From the NCBI GenBank assembly GCA_028688515.1, contig JAQTXZ010000002.1, positions 25,791-89,790 of the forward strand: 64,000 nucleotides of DNA. The letters are read 5' to 3'. Position 1 is the stretch's first letter; each line of letters starts with the position of its first letter. This DNA is from Patescibacteria group bacterium. Its GTDB lineage: Bacteria > Patescibacteriota > Patescibacteriia > 2-12-FULL-60-25. Shown here piece by piece: positions 40,239 to 50,087 of this stretch. The position numbers and the translations under genes are program-made. The notes below the pieces were generated by a model. The model saw only the letters and a program-made list of their open reading frames with translations, was not told the origin of the DNA and did not search any database.

Positions 40239-40946
40239 ATGTCGGACAAAAGATTTGAAGGTGTGCTCGGTGATGAATATGAGCTCTTTAAGCTCGCACT
40301 ACCTTACTACGACGAGCTGGAAGAGACGATTGGCCGAGCGGTGCGTGAACACTCCGCTGGTCTGACGGCATCTTCCATTGTGGTCGTCGAGGGCGGATGT
40401 GGAACCGGACTTACTACACGGCAGCTTTTGCAAGCTGATCCGCGGGTTCACGTTCTGGCCATCGACAATGAACCGATCATGCTTGTGCAGACGTGCGACA
40501 ACGTCAAAGACGAATGGAACAGGATCGAATTTCGTCGTCGCGATTTGCTGATGGTCTTGCGTGAATTGCAAACCGGGTCGATGGACGTTTTTGCGAGCGG
40601 ATATTTGATTCACAATCTCACGCCGCAATATCGTCGCGACCTGTACGCAGAAATTTCGCGCGTACTCAAACCGGGTGGTTTATTCGTCAACGGCGACAAG
40701 TGCGTTCGTGATGATCCCGTCAGTCAGGTCGAGGATTATCGAATGACGATCGCCGCGTATGATATATATGACACGATTGGCCGTTCCGACTACAAGGCTG
40801 AGTGGATCGAGCACTACGAGGAAGACGAATTGGTACGTTTTACCGAAGCGGAGCAGCGAGGGTTGCTGTCGGCTAATGGTTTTAGCGACGTTCGTCTCGT
40901 GAAACGGTTTGGTATGGATTCTGTCATGACGGCCATGAAGGCATGA
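40239..40946 (+). CDS. class I SAM-dependent methyltransferase (GC-rich paralogue of two cassette genes)
   Basis: ATG after AAAGGAGAGG. Motif I VVVEGGCGTGLTT. C-terminal W..HY..D...L..NGFSDV is shared with 50088..50792 and 51691..52383. Confidence 0.75.
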   Translation: MSDKRFEGVLGDEYELFKLALPYYDELEETIGRAVREHSAGLTASSIVVVEGGCGTGLTTRQLLQADPRVHVLAIDNEPIMLVQTCDNVKDEWNRIEFRRRDLLMVLRELQTGSMDVFASGYLIHNLTPQYRRDLYAEISRVLKPGGLFVNGDKCVRDDPVSQVEDYRMTIAAYDIYDTIGRSDYKAEWIEHYEEDELVRFTEAEQRGLLSANGFSDVRLVKRFGMDSVMTAMKA

Positions 40947-41515
40947 GGAGAATGAACATGAGAAACATCGTCACGATTCCGGTTGTTGTCGCGTGGGCGT
41001 TGGTCGCCGGTGTCGCTACTGCACAGCCGTTCGCTTTGGTGGACGCGGGGCGTAATTCATTCGGCGCAGGTGCGGGTTCAGCCTTTGGTGATGGCAAACT
41101 TCAGCCCGGGTTTCTGGTTGACGTCTTTCATTCGTACGACATGGAGCGTGTTCGTCCTGACACGGAAGCATACGGGGAACTCGCTTGGACGTTGCCGTCC
41201 AACTGGTACTTCATGGGTTTCCTTGGCGGGGGCGCGACGTTCAAGGGTGAGCGAGCGGACGTCGACTGGTCGGCGCGTTCCTTTCTGGTGCTGACGCAGA
41301 CTACGCCCGTTGCGTTTCGTACAAGTACATTCGTGATGTGGACGCCGCGTCATGAAAGTTGGCTCATCGAACAGCGCGTCGGACCGAGCGTCAAACTGCA
41401 CGACACGAGCCATCGACTCTTCCCGTATCTCGCACTCGATGTTACAACGCCTGGCATCAAGCACCGTGCCGACGTCGGTGTCAGTCCTGGTTGCACATTC
41501 ATCATGAATTTCTAA
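40943..41515 (+). CDS. secreted beta-rich protein ending in Phe (outer-membrane-barrel-like)
   Basis: ATGA overlap with the methyltransferase gene (alternative ATG at 40958 after GAGGAG). Signal peptide VVVAWALVAGVATAQP. Alternating hydrophobic pattern. C-terminal ...TFIMNF. Confidence 0.55.
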   Translation: MRRMNMRNIVTIPVVVAWALVAGVATAQPFALVDAGRNSFGAGAGSAFGDGKLQPGFLVDVFHSYDMERVRPDTEAYGELAWTLPSNWYFMGFLGGGATFKGERADVDWSARSFLVLTQTTPVAFRTSTFVMWTPRHESWLIEQRVGPSVKLHDTSHRLFPYLALDVTTPGIKHRADVGVSPGCTFIMNF

Positions 41516-41524
41516 CTCAACCTG

Positions 41525-41572
41525 CCGTCTGATCGTTCGCGTGCTCGCGACATGGTCAGACGGTGTTTTTTT
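41525..41572 (+). terminator. intrinsic terminator
   Basis: CCGTCTGA...TCAGACGG hairpin followed by TGTTTTTTT. Confidence 0.6.
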
Positions 41573-42803
41573 AAACAGATTCGACTGGTTGCGTCTGTAC
41601 TCGCGGTTTCTTCTCCGGCTTCGTCACATGGTAGTATCTCGCGGCCAGATATGTGGCGATAGGCATGGAGAGCGCCAGGCCGATGCTGCCGACAAGCGTG
41701 CGGACGATTTCGGTGGCGATTATTTCGTTGTTGATGACTTGCGAATAAGTCATGAACGGCGGTTGTTTGATGCTGAAGAGCAATAAGAGCGGCATGGCGG
41801 CGCCGGCGTAGGCCAGAAAAAGGGTGTTGACCATTGATCCCATGTGCGAATTACCGACGTGCAGCGCCATGCCAAAAACTTTTTTCCAAGGCAGATAAGG
41901 ATTGGCGTTTTTTATTTGAATGACGGCTTCGATTTGTCCGATGATGATGTCGTCGAGCACGCCCAGTGTGCCGATTAGGATGCCGGTCAGTAAAAGTCCT
42001 TTAAAGTTTAGAGCTTGTTTTGTAATGCCGATCAAAAACATTGTTTCTTCCTGCGCCGTTCCGGTTAATCGCGTGACGCTGGTAAATATGATCGATACGA
42101 CGCCGACAACGGTCAAACTGATAAACATTGTTAAGATCGCCAAGTGAGATTTTTTGTTAAATCCTTCCGTAACGTAGATCGTGAACGTAAAAATGATGAC
42201 CGACCCCAAGATTCCGATGGGTACGGGCGACCAGCCGTTTAAGATAAGCGGCACGATCATCATCATGATGATCAAAAAGCTGAATGCAAGACCGAGTAAG
42301 GCGCGAAAGCCTTTGCCGCGTGATATGAAAATGATAATGAGTACGAAAATTATTGCTAATGCATACAAATACGGACGACGAATAAAGTCCACGACATAAA
42401 ATACGTCCTTGCCATCCGGATTGACGGCATGTTGCACCAAAACGCGATCGCCTTTGTTGTATTTGTTGGAACCGAAAACGCTGATGTCGGAAATGCCGAC
42501 GTATTCAAAAGTCTGATTTTTCCAAGCCCCGTCCAATCCTTTTAATTGCAGATTTTGTTGAATCGCTCCGTTGGCGTTCGTGTCCGTTGAATGTCTTTCG
42601 TCCAAAACTTGCAGAATTTTTGCTTCAAACGCATCTTCCGTGTCGTTGGCCAGTGAACCGGTTTGAGTCGTACTGGCGGAGTTGGCAGTTGCAACGTCGC
42701 CGCTGGAGTCGACTTCGTCTTGCGCCAAAGCTTGAGAAAGCGGAACAAACGTCGAAATCGCAATAAAGGCAACAAGAGCGAGAGATGCTAAAAACTTACG
42801 CAT
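41571..42803 (-). CDS. YibE/F-family membrane protein
   Basis: Signal/anchor sequence, an extracellular domain, then about 8 TM helices with GVLDDIIIGQIEAV as recalled for YibE/F proteins. Confidence 0.55.
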   Translation of the reverse strand: MRKFLASLALVAFIAISTFVPLSQALAQDEVDSSGDVATANSASTTQTGSLANDTEDAFEAKILQVLDERHSTDTNANGAIQQNLQLKGLDGAWKNQTFEYVGISDISVFGSNKYNKGDRVLVQHAVNPDGKDVFYVVDFIRRPYLYALAIIFVLIIIFISRGKGFRALLGLAFSFLIIMMMIVPLILNGWSPVPIGILGSVIIFTFTIYVTEGFNKKSHLAILTMFISLTVVGVVSIIFTSVTRLTGTAQEETMFLIGITKQALNFKGLLLTGILIGTLGVLDDIIIGQIEAVIQIKNANPYLPWKKVFGMALHVGNSHMGSMVNTLFLAYAGAAMPLLLLFSIKQPPFMTYSQVINNEIIATEIVRTLVGSIGLALSMPIATYLAARYYHVTKPEKKPRVQTQPVESV

Positions 42804-42868
42804 AGAGAATCAGGTTAGCCGTCTTGATAAGTCCTGACAAGACCCGCACCGTTTGGTATATTACGCGC

Positions 42869-43825
42869 ATGCTTATATTGTTTTTCTTTGTCATCGGGAT
42901 GGTTCTGCTGCTTAAAGGCGCGGATTGGCTGGTGGACGGTTCGTCGGCGCTTGCCAAGCGGCTCAAGATTTCCGATATTGTCATCGGTTTGACTGTTGTT
43001 GCTTTTGGGACTTCCGCACCGGAGTTTGTAGTAAATCTCGTATCGAGTTGGCAAGGCCACACGCAGCTTGCAATCGGAAATATTTTGGGCAGCAACATCG
43101 CCAACATGCTTTTGATTTTGGGGGTCGCCGGCACCATCTATCCGTTAACTGTTAAGAGACAAACCATTTGGAAAGAAATACCTTTCAGTTTGTTGGCCGC
43201 GCTGGTTGTTTGGATTCTAGCCAACGACGTTTTATTGGATCATGCGGGCTTGTCTGCGCTGTCCAGAATAGATGGATTGATTTTGCTGTGTTTTTTTGTG
43301 ATTTTTCTTTATTACGTGGTCAACGTCGCATTAAGTTCAAAGTTCGAGAAAGCTGATGATATAAAAAGTATTTCGCTTGGCAAATCGTTTGGTCTCACTC
43401 TGATCGGTTTGATCGGTTTGACGCTTGGCGGCAAGTTAGTGGTTGATCAGGCGGTTTCGATGGCTACCGCGCTTGGCATAAGTCAGTCGATCATCGCGCT
43501 GACGATTGTCGCGTTGGGAACTTCACTGCCGGAATTGTTAACGTCCGCAATCGCGGCTTACAAGCATAAATCGGACATTGCAATCGGCAACGTTGTCGGT
43601 TCAAATATTTTTAATATCTTTTGGGTTTTGGGAGTCAGCGCCGTTATCCGCCCTTTGCCTTTTGATCCGGCAAGCAACATCGACGTGCTGGTCGGCGTCG
43701 GCGCAAGCGCACTGCTGTTTGCATTTATGTTCATCGGCAAAAGACATGTGCTGCAGCGTTGGCAGGCGGGATTATTTGTCGCACTTTACATGGGATATTT
43801 AGCCATGGTCGTGGGGAGGCTGTAG
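42869..43825 (+). CDS. Ca2+/Na+ antiporter (CaCA/YrbG family)
   Basis: Two alpha-repeats: GTSAPEFVV...GNILGSNIANMLLILG and GTSLPELLTS...GNVVGSNIFNIF. Confidence 0.85.
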   Translation: MLILFFFVIGMVLLLKGADWLVDGSSALAKRLKISDIVIGLTVVAFGTSAPEFVVNLVSSWQGHTQLAIGNILGSNIANMLLILGVAGTIYPLTVKRQTIWKEIPFSLLAALVVWILANDVLLDHAGLSALSRIDGLILLCFFVIFLYYVVNVALSSKFEKADDIKSISLGKSFGLTLIGLIGLTLGGKLVVDQAVSMATALGISQSIIALTIVALGTSLPELLTSAIAAYKHKSDIAIGNVVGSNIFNIFWVLGVSAVIRPLPFDPASNIDVLVGVGASALLFAFMFIGKRHVLQRWQAGLFVALYMGYLAMVVGRL

Positions 43826-43884
43826 GCCTTGCTAGATATGTTTTAATTTGCCACAATAGCGTGACAATAATTAAAGATACAAAT

Positions 43885-44820
43885 ATGCCAGAAAACATGT
43901 TAACCGCCGATATCGGCGTGATTGGGGCGGGGCCTGCGGGTTATAGCGCGGCGGTTTATGCGGTGCGCGCCGGTTTTAGCGTTGTGTTGTGGGGCGGTCC
44001 GGAACCGGGAGGGCAGTTGATGACCACTAACGAAGTCGAAAACTTTATCGGTTTTCCGGATGGGATAATGGGTCCGGAGTTGATGGAGCGCAGCAAGCAG
44101 CAAGCGATTCGTCTTGGAGTCAAATTCATCTGGGACAGTATAACCGGCATAGAAAAACAAGCTGACGGGTTTTTGCTTAAAGCGGATAAAGAACCGGGCA
44201 AGGTCAAAGCGGTTGTTATTGCCACTGGTGCGGTTGCCAAATGGCTCGGCACGGAATCGGAAACAAAGTTTCGCGGCAAAGGAATTTCCGCCTGTGCAAC
44301 TTGCGACGGATTTTTCTTTAAGGGCAAAAAAGTCGCGGTTATCGGCGGGGGAGACGTGGCTATGGAAGATACGAACACGCTCACGCAGTTTGCGGAGTCG
44401 GTTTCCGTCTTTGTTCGCGGAGAGGAGGACAAAATGAAGGCGAGCAAAATAATGTACGAACGCGCCAAAAACAATCCAAAAGTTAAATTTTATTTTAACA
44501 CCGAAGTTGATGAATTTTTGGGAGATGACAGATTAAAATCCGTGCGCATTAAAAATCGCACGACGGGTGAAACGCAGGAGTTGCCCATGGAGGGCGCATT
44601 TGTTGCCATCGGCCACAAGCCGAATACGGATGCGTTTAAGGATTTTGTCGAATGTGACGATGGAGGCTGGATAAAGGTCAACGTAACGGCAACGTCTGTT
44701 GCGGGTGTATTTGCTGCTGGCGATGTGGCCGACAAAGTCTACCGCCAAGCCATCACTTCCGCCGGCACGGGATGTATGGCGGCGTTGGATGCGAAGAGAT
44801 ATCTTGAACATCAAAATTAG
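43885..44820 (+). CDS. trxB: thioredoxin-disulfide reductase
   Basis: GAGPAGYSAA FAD motif, CATCDG redox centre, GGGDVAMED NADPH motif. Confidence 0.92.
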   Translation: MPENMLTADIGVIGAGPAGYSAAVYAVRAGFSVVLWGGPEPGGQLMTTNEVENFIGFPDGIMGPELMERSKQQAIRLGVKFIWDSITGIEKQADGFLLKADKEPGKVKAVVIATGAVAKWLGTESETKFRGKGISACATCDGFFFKGKKVAVIGGGDVAMEDTNTLTQFAESVSVFVRGEEDKMKASKIMYERAKNNPKVKFYFNTEVDEFLGDDRLKSVRIKNRTTGETQELPMEGAFVAIGHKPNTDAFKDFVECDDGGWIKVNVTATSVAGVFAAGDVADKVYRQAITSAGTGCMAALDAKRYLEHQN

Positions 44821-45491
44821 AGACTTAAAACTAGAAACTGGAAACTGGAAAGAGTAAACATTAGTAAAACACCCCTATGCAAATTTGCACCGGGGTGTTT
44901 TGTGGTACTCTGGACATTTTTATCTAGATATGCTTGAATTCCAGCGTTGGGTTAGCAATTCATGCGCTGGCTGCGCGATCACATGCAGCTAGGAGGTCGG
45001 TATGTTCATTATTCTGAAGAGAGACTGGACGGTTTCCGATGGTTCGACAAAGGTCAAGGATGGAATCATAAAAGCCGGAAGGCATGAGATCGAGCGGATC
45101 GAGAATCCTCGTGGCCATGCCGCTCCCCTGGCTTGTTCTCAAGGGTACCAAACTGGGCGCGGCTGAAGGCTTCTGGCGTCAATGGATCGGCCGCGAGTAT
45201 GACGACTTTGAGGTCGTCATCGAGGAATAGTCTGGGTTTTGCTAAGATTGGAGGACTGCCACGGCCACTCTCCTTAGGCCGTTCGCGTCAAAAGATGCGG
45301 GCGGCTTTTTTTATATATTCCAATTCTTTTTTGCTCCCCGAGATGATGTTTCTATTTTGCAACACAATCGTAGCAGTAAGTTTGACGCAGCTTGGTAGAT
45401 CTATTATTGATTTCATAATTCCGGCGTTATTTTATCAGCAACATGAGGGGCAACAAAGTGTGAATGACAATGTCGGCGGGAAAGTGTGCGA

Positions 45492-46010
45492 TTATCGCAT
45501 TAGCTTCATGCTTATGGTCGGCAAAAATTTTCCATCAATAGTTTCATACTTGCCCTCGCTCTTTGGCACAATCTGAAAGCCTGCCTTTTTGTAAAAATTG
45601 ATGGCGCTGGTATTATACGAGGCAACGTCCAGCCAAAGTTCTTTTGAGTCTTTGCGAAACTCCAGAATTTTTTGCAACAACATCGTGCCGATGCCTTTGC
45701 CTTGATATTCCGGTAGAACGTAGATAGCGCCTATGGTATCGTGTCCGTCTTTTTTGCGCACAATCGAGAATCCGATGATTTTCCCATCAGACTCCGCAAC
45801 CCAGCCTTGGCTGTCAGCGCCGTATTCCTCGATGCGCTGCCGGGTCTTATCAATCAAACTTTCTGTATCCGAGAATTTTTTGACAATGTCTTCGCGTCTA
45901 ATGTCGTATTCTTCGTTGGGATAAGTGTCCAACCAGGTAATTCTGTTGACGTTATATATTCCTTCAGCATCTTCTATTGTTGCAGGGCGGATTTGCATAT
46001 CAATCCTCAT
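45492..46010 (-). CDS. GNAT family N-acetyltransferase
   Basis: QGKGIGTMLLQ acetyl-CoA-binding motif. Confidence 0.75.
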   Translation of the reverse strand: MRIDMQIRPATIEDAEGIYNVNRITWLDTYPNEEYDIRREDIVKKFSDTESLIDKTRQRIEEYGADSQGWVAESDGKIIGFSIVRKKDGHDTIGAIYVLPEYQGKGIGTMLLQKILEFRKDSKELWLDVASYNTSAINFYKKAGFQIVPKSEGKYETIDGKFLPTISMKLMR

Positions 46011-46636
46011 ATGATACCACGATTGAAGTTGTTATAACTTAATTCAAAATCATAAATTGACTTGAATAGATGTGCGAAGGCATCTTTGGAATCAGATTCA
46101 CTGGCTCTTTTTAGCAGCTCGAGGATTTTTTCTTTTCCGTGTTTTTCAACCAAAAATTCAACAACAAAACCGGCTTCCGAATAAACTTCCGCTCCGCCGC
46201 TTTCGTAAAAATCGATGAATTTTAAATACTGTTCCGGTTTTGTCTTAAAATCCAGTTGGCCGGATAAAAATATGGCAATACCTTCTAGCAGCCACACCGG
46301 TTTTTGAGCAGACTTGCTGATGAGATGGGAAAAACAATGCGCCAGTTCGTGTTTTAGCAAGGCAAAATATTTGTCGTCGGAATATTTGTGGCTGCTCTCT
46401 TTTTCAAAATTTTTATCAGAAAGAATATAAACGGTCTTTCCGTTACCCCAACCCACAACCCAAGCCTCCGTAGCTTTGCCTTTTAAAGCGTTTATGGTTT
46501 TTCTGTCTGGCACTATAACGACGTTCGGTTTGCCATGCTCCCACCCCAAATCAAAAAAAGAATCCAATTCCCGCATTGATTTCTCGTAAACTGCATTCAA
46601 TTTTTTGTCGGTGATCCCATTAATCTTAAAAAGCAT
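46007..46636 (-). CDS. HExxH metallopeptidase-like protein
   Basis: LLKHELAHCFSH motif. 4-nt overlap with the downstream GNAT gene. Confidence 0.45.
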   Translation of the reverse strand: MLFKINGITDKKLNAVYEKSMRELDSFFDLGWEHGKPNVVIVPDRKTINALKGKATEAWVVGWGNGKTVYILSDKNFEKESSHKYSDDKYFALLKHELAHCFSHLISKSAQKPVWLLEGIAIFLSGQLDFKTKPEQYLKFIDFYESGGAEVYSEAGFVVEFLVEKHGKEKILELLKRASESDSKDAFAHLFKSIYDFELSYNNFNRGII

Positions 46637-46671
46637 AAGCGGTTTTTAAGGGTTTTTGGCAGAGGCATTAA

Positions 46672-47088
46672 TTATCCTTTCAGTTTCTTATACAAACATC
46701 TGTATTTTCCGCCTCGAAGGTAGCCGCGCTTCTCGTAATATTGCTGGAGCCCCGCATCATCTTCGTTAACGAAGATGGCGACTTCATCTTCGCTGTCTTT
46801 TTTCAACATTTCTTCTGCGTGTGAAATCAGCGAAGATCCAATGCCTTTGCCACGTTGGTCTTCTATTACGGCAAGACGAAATAAAAAACACGTCCATTTA
46901 TCTTTAATAATAAGTATGCATCCAAGCACCCCATCATCATTCTCGGCAATGAGAATGCTGTTGCTGTCGTTTTCACTTTTTGCTTTCCAATGCGAACGGC
47001 TGTCCCAAACATCATCAAAATGCCCGCCTTGCTGCAGGATGACTTTTACCTCGTCGTAATCCTTATCTTGATATGGCCGGATGTTCAT
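46672..47088 (-). CDS. GNAT family N-acetyltransferase
   Basis: QRGKGIGSSLISHAEE motif. Confidence 0.75.
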   Translation of the reverse strand: MNIRPYQDKDYDEVKVILQQGGHFDDVWDSRSHWKAKSENDSNSILIAENDDGVLGCILIIKDKWTCFLFRLAVIEDQRGKGIGSSLISHAEEMLKKDSEDEVAIFVNEDDAGLQQYYEKRGYLRGGKYRCLYKKLKG

Positions 47089-47095
47089 AGCCGAT

Positions 47096-47506
47096 TTACA
47101 ACCACAAAGAAAACTTTTTGGTCAGCTCGTCCAGTTCGTCTTTTTCGCCGATCAAACAAATACCGTAATACTCAAGATCCGCCTCTGGCGCGGCTTTTGA
47201 TCTTTCAACTTGATCCTCCCAGCTTCCAACCGTCATGCGGTCGGTAAACGAGGCGAAGGGAATATTCTTTTCAATGCAGGCGTTTCTCAATGTCCTGATT
47301 TTGTTGGAATTGTCCGCGCGAAGAATTATGAACGGAAATTTTGATGCCAGATGCGCGCCTCCGTCCTTGTCTTCATAATTGACCACGCCAAAATCTTGTC
47401 CGGGATTTGAACCAACCAAACCGATTGTCATGTGCGCCAAAGCGTTCATGATTTTGCCCGTTTCAATTTTTTTATTGAGCACCGCCACGAGTTTTGTGGT
47501 TGTCAT
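47096..47506 (-). CDS. DUF2000-like protein
   Basis: N-terminal KLVAVLNKKIETGKIMNALAHMTIGL resembles DUF2000 proteins from memory. Confidence 0.4.
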   Translation of the reverse strand: MTTTKLVAVLNKKIETGKIMNALAHMTIGLVGSNPGQDFGVVNYEDKDGGAHLASKFPFIILRADNSNKIRTLRNACIEKNIPFASFTDRMTVGSWEDQVERSKAAPEADLEYYGICLIGEKDELDELTKKFSLWL

Positions 47507-47727
47507 ATCGTTACAGGCATCTTGCCGCTTTGCTCAAGCTTTGTCTAGCACGTCGGTTTTATTATCCCGCCCGCCGGGCTAAGTAAAACGGGGGAGGGAG
47601 CCATTGACGGATCGGGTTGGATGCGTGTAAGTTTGATGTCACGTGTCTAACCGGCAAGCTGTCACGGTTGCGTCGGCGAACGCGAGTCGTACGCTAGTCG
47701 ACATTGTTGCGTGCCAAGGAGGATTAG

Positions 47728-48120
47728 ATGAGTCTCGAGCAACATACAAACGCTTTGCTGAAAGGCTTTCAACCGCCGGTATTTCCCAGTTCCCTCATGA
47801 GCTTGGCGCAAATGCTTGTTCAGATCAATGGATCTGAGCTTGGAACTATTGGCAGAGAACTGCCAGGCTGTACCTGTGTTAAGTCGTTCCTCGAAACATC
47901 CGATGGCTATAGTTGGTACCGTTGCATGTTTTTCGGGTCCGGGGGCGAGATTTGTATCGCCATACCATGGTGTCAGGATTGGGAGAAAACTGACGGATTC
48001 CAATCCGACCGTTCGCCCGCGGTTTACGTCTCGCGCCCGGATGTTCCTTTGGAGAAGATCGATGGCATCATCGAACGTCTCGTTGACAGGCTGGTAGAGT
48101 ACAAAAGAGTAGGTCGATAA
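47728..48120 (+). CDS. hypothetical protein, possibly SMI1/KNR4 (SUKH)-like
   Basis: ATG is 6 nt after AAGGAGG. FPSSLMSLAQMLVQINGSEL fits the loose LPxxLxxLLxxxNG pattern. GC-rich. Confidence 0.35.
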   Translation: MSLEQHTNALLKGFQPPVFPSSLMSLAQMLVQINGSELGTIGRELPGCTCVKSFLETSDGYSWYRCMFFGSGGEICIAIPWCQDWEKTDGFQSDRSPAVYVSRPDVPLEKIDGIIERLVDRLVEYKRVGR

Positions 48121-48223
48121 GCCGCGGCAGGTAAGCTCTCAGTACACCTAGAGCGTCTGGCTCACGGGCAGCTTTTTCTCACCGCTTTTTCTGATCGTTA
48201 CGAGGTCGGGAAGGCGGATTTTT

Positions 48224-48697
48224 TTATTGTTTGCTTTGCTCTGTCATCTGCAATATCGCTTGTTCTAACTTTTCAGGTTCATCGGTTCCTACTCTGTACG
48301 TTCTGCCGTTTTTCAGTTTTATTTCAACCGCATCAAAACCGGAAACATTGTAGATCCACATTTTGGGCCACAGCCATCCTCTGATTCCCCATCCATAATA
48401 CCAATGATTCTTAACGGTATTAGCGGATGTTATTTCATTGAGTAAAAATTTTTTTCGATATATGCCGTAGCCAAATTTGATGCGCAAATATTCTCCGTCA
48501 ACAATCACTTGCAGAGACGCAAAGGAAGCGAGAATAAAGATGATTAACGCCATGACGGTTGTAACGGCAAAATTAGTACCTGAATCAACCGAAGGGGGTT
48601 CGGCGGAAGTTGTGATGTAAGCCCATGCGAAAAGCACAAGTACGACAAGCGTCACAACAAGCATCAGATAGCCGATTTGAGTGTGTTTGTAGCTCAT
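48224..48697 (-). CDS. 2-TM membrane protein with PH-like C-terminal domain
   Basis: Two N-terminal TM helices followed by a beta-rich domain. Confidence 0.5.
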   Translation of the reverse strand: MSYKHTQIGYLMLVVTLVVLVLFAWAYITTSAEPPSVDSGTNFAVTTVMALIIFILASFASLQVIVDGEYLRIKFGYGIYRKKFLLNEITSANTVKNHWYYGWGIRGWLWPKMWIYNVSGFDAVEIKLKNGRTYRVGTDEPEKLEQAILQMTEQSKQ

Positions 48698-48758
48698 AAG
48701 GTTGTGATTTTTGTATTCTTTGTTTATAAAGTACGCCGATGGGAGGAGTTACGCAAAT

Positions 48759-49361
48759 TTAATCGACAACCGTGCCGGTTTTGACTTTTCCGGCTCGCTT
48801 GTAATGAGACATGATTAATCCGCTTGGCGTAACGGTGCTCTCCAACAAGGTAAACGCTGCCGGAATCGCGCCGCCGTCAAACAGTTTTTTGCCTTTGCCA
48901 AGAGTCAATGGATAAACGTTGAGCCAAAGTTCGTCCACCAAGTCGTTCTTAAGCAGAAGTTGGATAAGTTTGCCGCTGCCCCAAACTTTAATGTCAGAGC
49001 CTTTTGAATTTTTTAACTTTTTTATATCCGCCAAACTTTTGAGGAAGATGGAATTTTGCCACGGGGAACTTTTCATGGTCTTGGACATGACGTATTTTGT
49101 TACATCATTAATGCCCGGCCAGGAGTCTGCGTGTTTAGGCCAATAGGAGGCAAAGATTTCGTAAGTTTTTCTGCCCAAAAGAAGATCGGCGGATTCCATT
49201 TGTTTTAACATGACCTTGTTGGAAACTTCGTCTGCAAACGGCGCCGTCCAGCCGCCGTACTTAAAGCCGCCCGAAGTATCCTCATCGGGTCCGCCCGGCG
49301 CCTGCATAACGCCGTCTAATGTGACCATTGATAAAACGATGATTTTTCTCATATCTTTCAC
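48759..49361 (-). CDS. dihydrofolate-reductase-family (RibD C-terminal domain) protein
   Basis: GTG start after GGAG. RKIIVLSMVTLDGVMQAPGGPDED...GGW is typical of this family. Confidence 0.7.
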   Translation of the reverse strand: MKDMRKIIVLSMVTLDGVMQAPGGPDEDTSGGFKYGGWTAPFADEVSNKVMLKQMESADLLLGRKTYEIFASYWPKHADSWPGINDVTKYVMSKTMKSSPWQNSIFLKSLADIKKLKNSKGSDIKVWGSGKLIQLLLKNDLVDELWLNVYPLTLGKGKKLFDGGAIPAAFTLLESTVTPSGLIMSHYKRAGKVKTGTVVD

Positions 49362-49566
49362 CTCCTTGCGTAAACATCGTGTATGCCTAATTTCAGCTTG
49401 CCACTTTGCGATAAAATTGTACAGGGTTGAATTTTTGTTTAACGTTGGTTCTGTCGTCCCCCCGCCGATTGAAGTAAAACGGGGGAGCTGTTAGATTTAA
49501 TATTAATCGTATAATGCAATTGCTTTATTGCGACCATTCGCACTTTGCCTCTAAAGGGAGGGCAAG

Positions 49567-49830
49567 ATGAAAAAGGGTGAATTTGTTGCCGAATACGGCA
49601 CATGCGTACTGATTATCGAGGAAGACGATTTTCCTCTGGATGCGGACAATGTGATGCAGGTCGCTTGGGACTTGGGTGCCGCAGAGCACAACGAAGATCC
49701 TGACAATCCGGACAGCTTGCTCTGGATCCGCTTTCCCGGCAAAGAGGATGAACTGTGCGGCAGCCTTCTTGATTTGCGTAACGCCATCTATTTTGAGGAG
49801 AACAGGCGGTCTCATGCGCGCAACGGCTAA
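49567..49830 (+). CDS. small acidic hypothetical protein
   Basis: ATG after AGGGAGGG. Terminator-like hairpin at about 49852-49878. Confidence 0.5.
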   Translation: MKKGEFVAEYGTCVLIIEEDDFPLDADNVMQVAWDLGAAEHNEDPDNPDSLLWIRFPGKEDELCGSLLDLRNAIYFEENRRSHARNG

Positions 49831-49929
49831 GCCGTGTTCGTAAGCTTCTCCGGTCGATCTCCAAGATCGGCTTTTTTTGTAAAAATAGGAATGAATTTTG
49901 CGTGGATTTGTCGGTTGTTATCTGATTTC

Positions 49930-50065
49930 GTATACCGTCTAGGTATATGTGAAGTCGGCTGAAGTGAAGGCGGTAAAATTGAACTGTGCTCTACCGCCGT
50001 AACGGAAGCCGATTTGGGCGTAGCTGGGCGTTAGCCACAACGCAGGCACATATACCTTGTTGTAC
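49930..50065 (-). repeat. attC-like site A (distal, partly degenerate)
   Basis: Plus strand: ATTTCGTATACC-G-TCTAGGTATATGTG...CACATATACC-TT-GTTGTAC-GATGT. Confidence 0.55.
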
Positions 50066-50087
50066 GATGTTGTTGTGAAAATTTATT

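Noticed and set aside
47567-47600. GC stem-loop similar to the core of the 49437-49496 site, considered as another attC.
   Set aside because: It has no flanking ..AAC/GTTRRRY boxes. The neighbouring genes (45492-47506) form an overlapping operon without inter-ORF sites.
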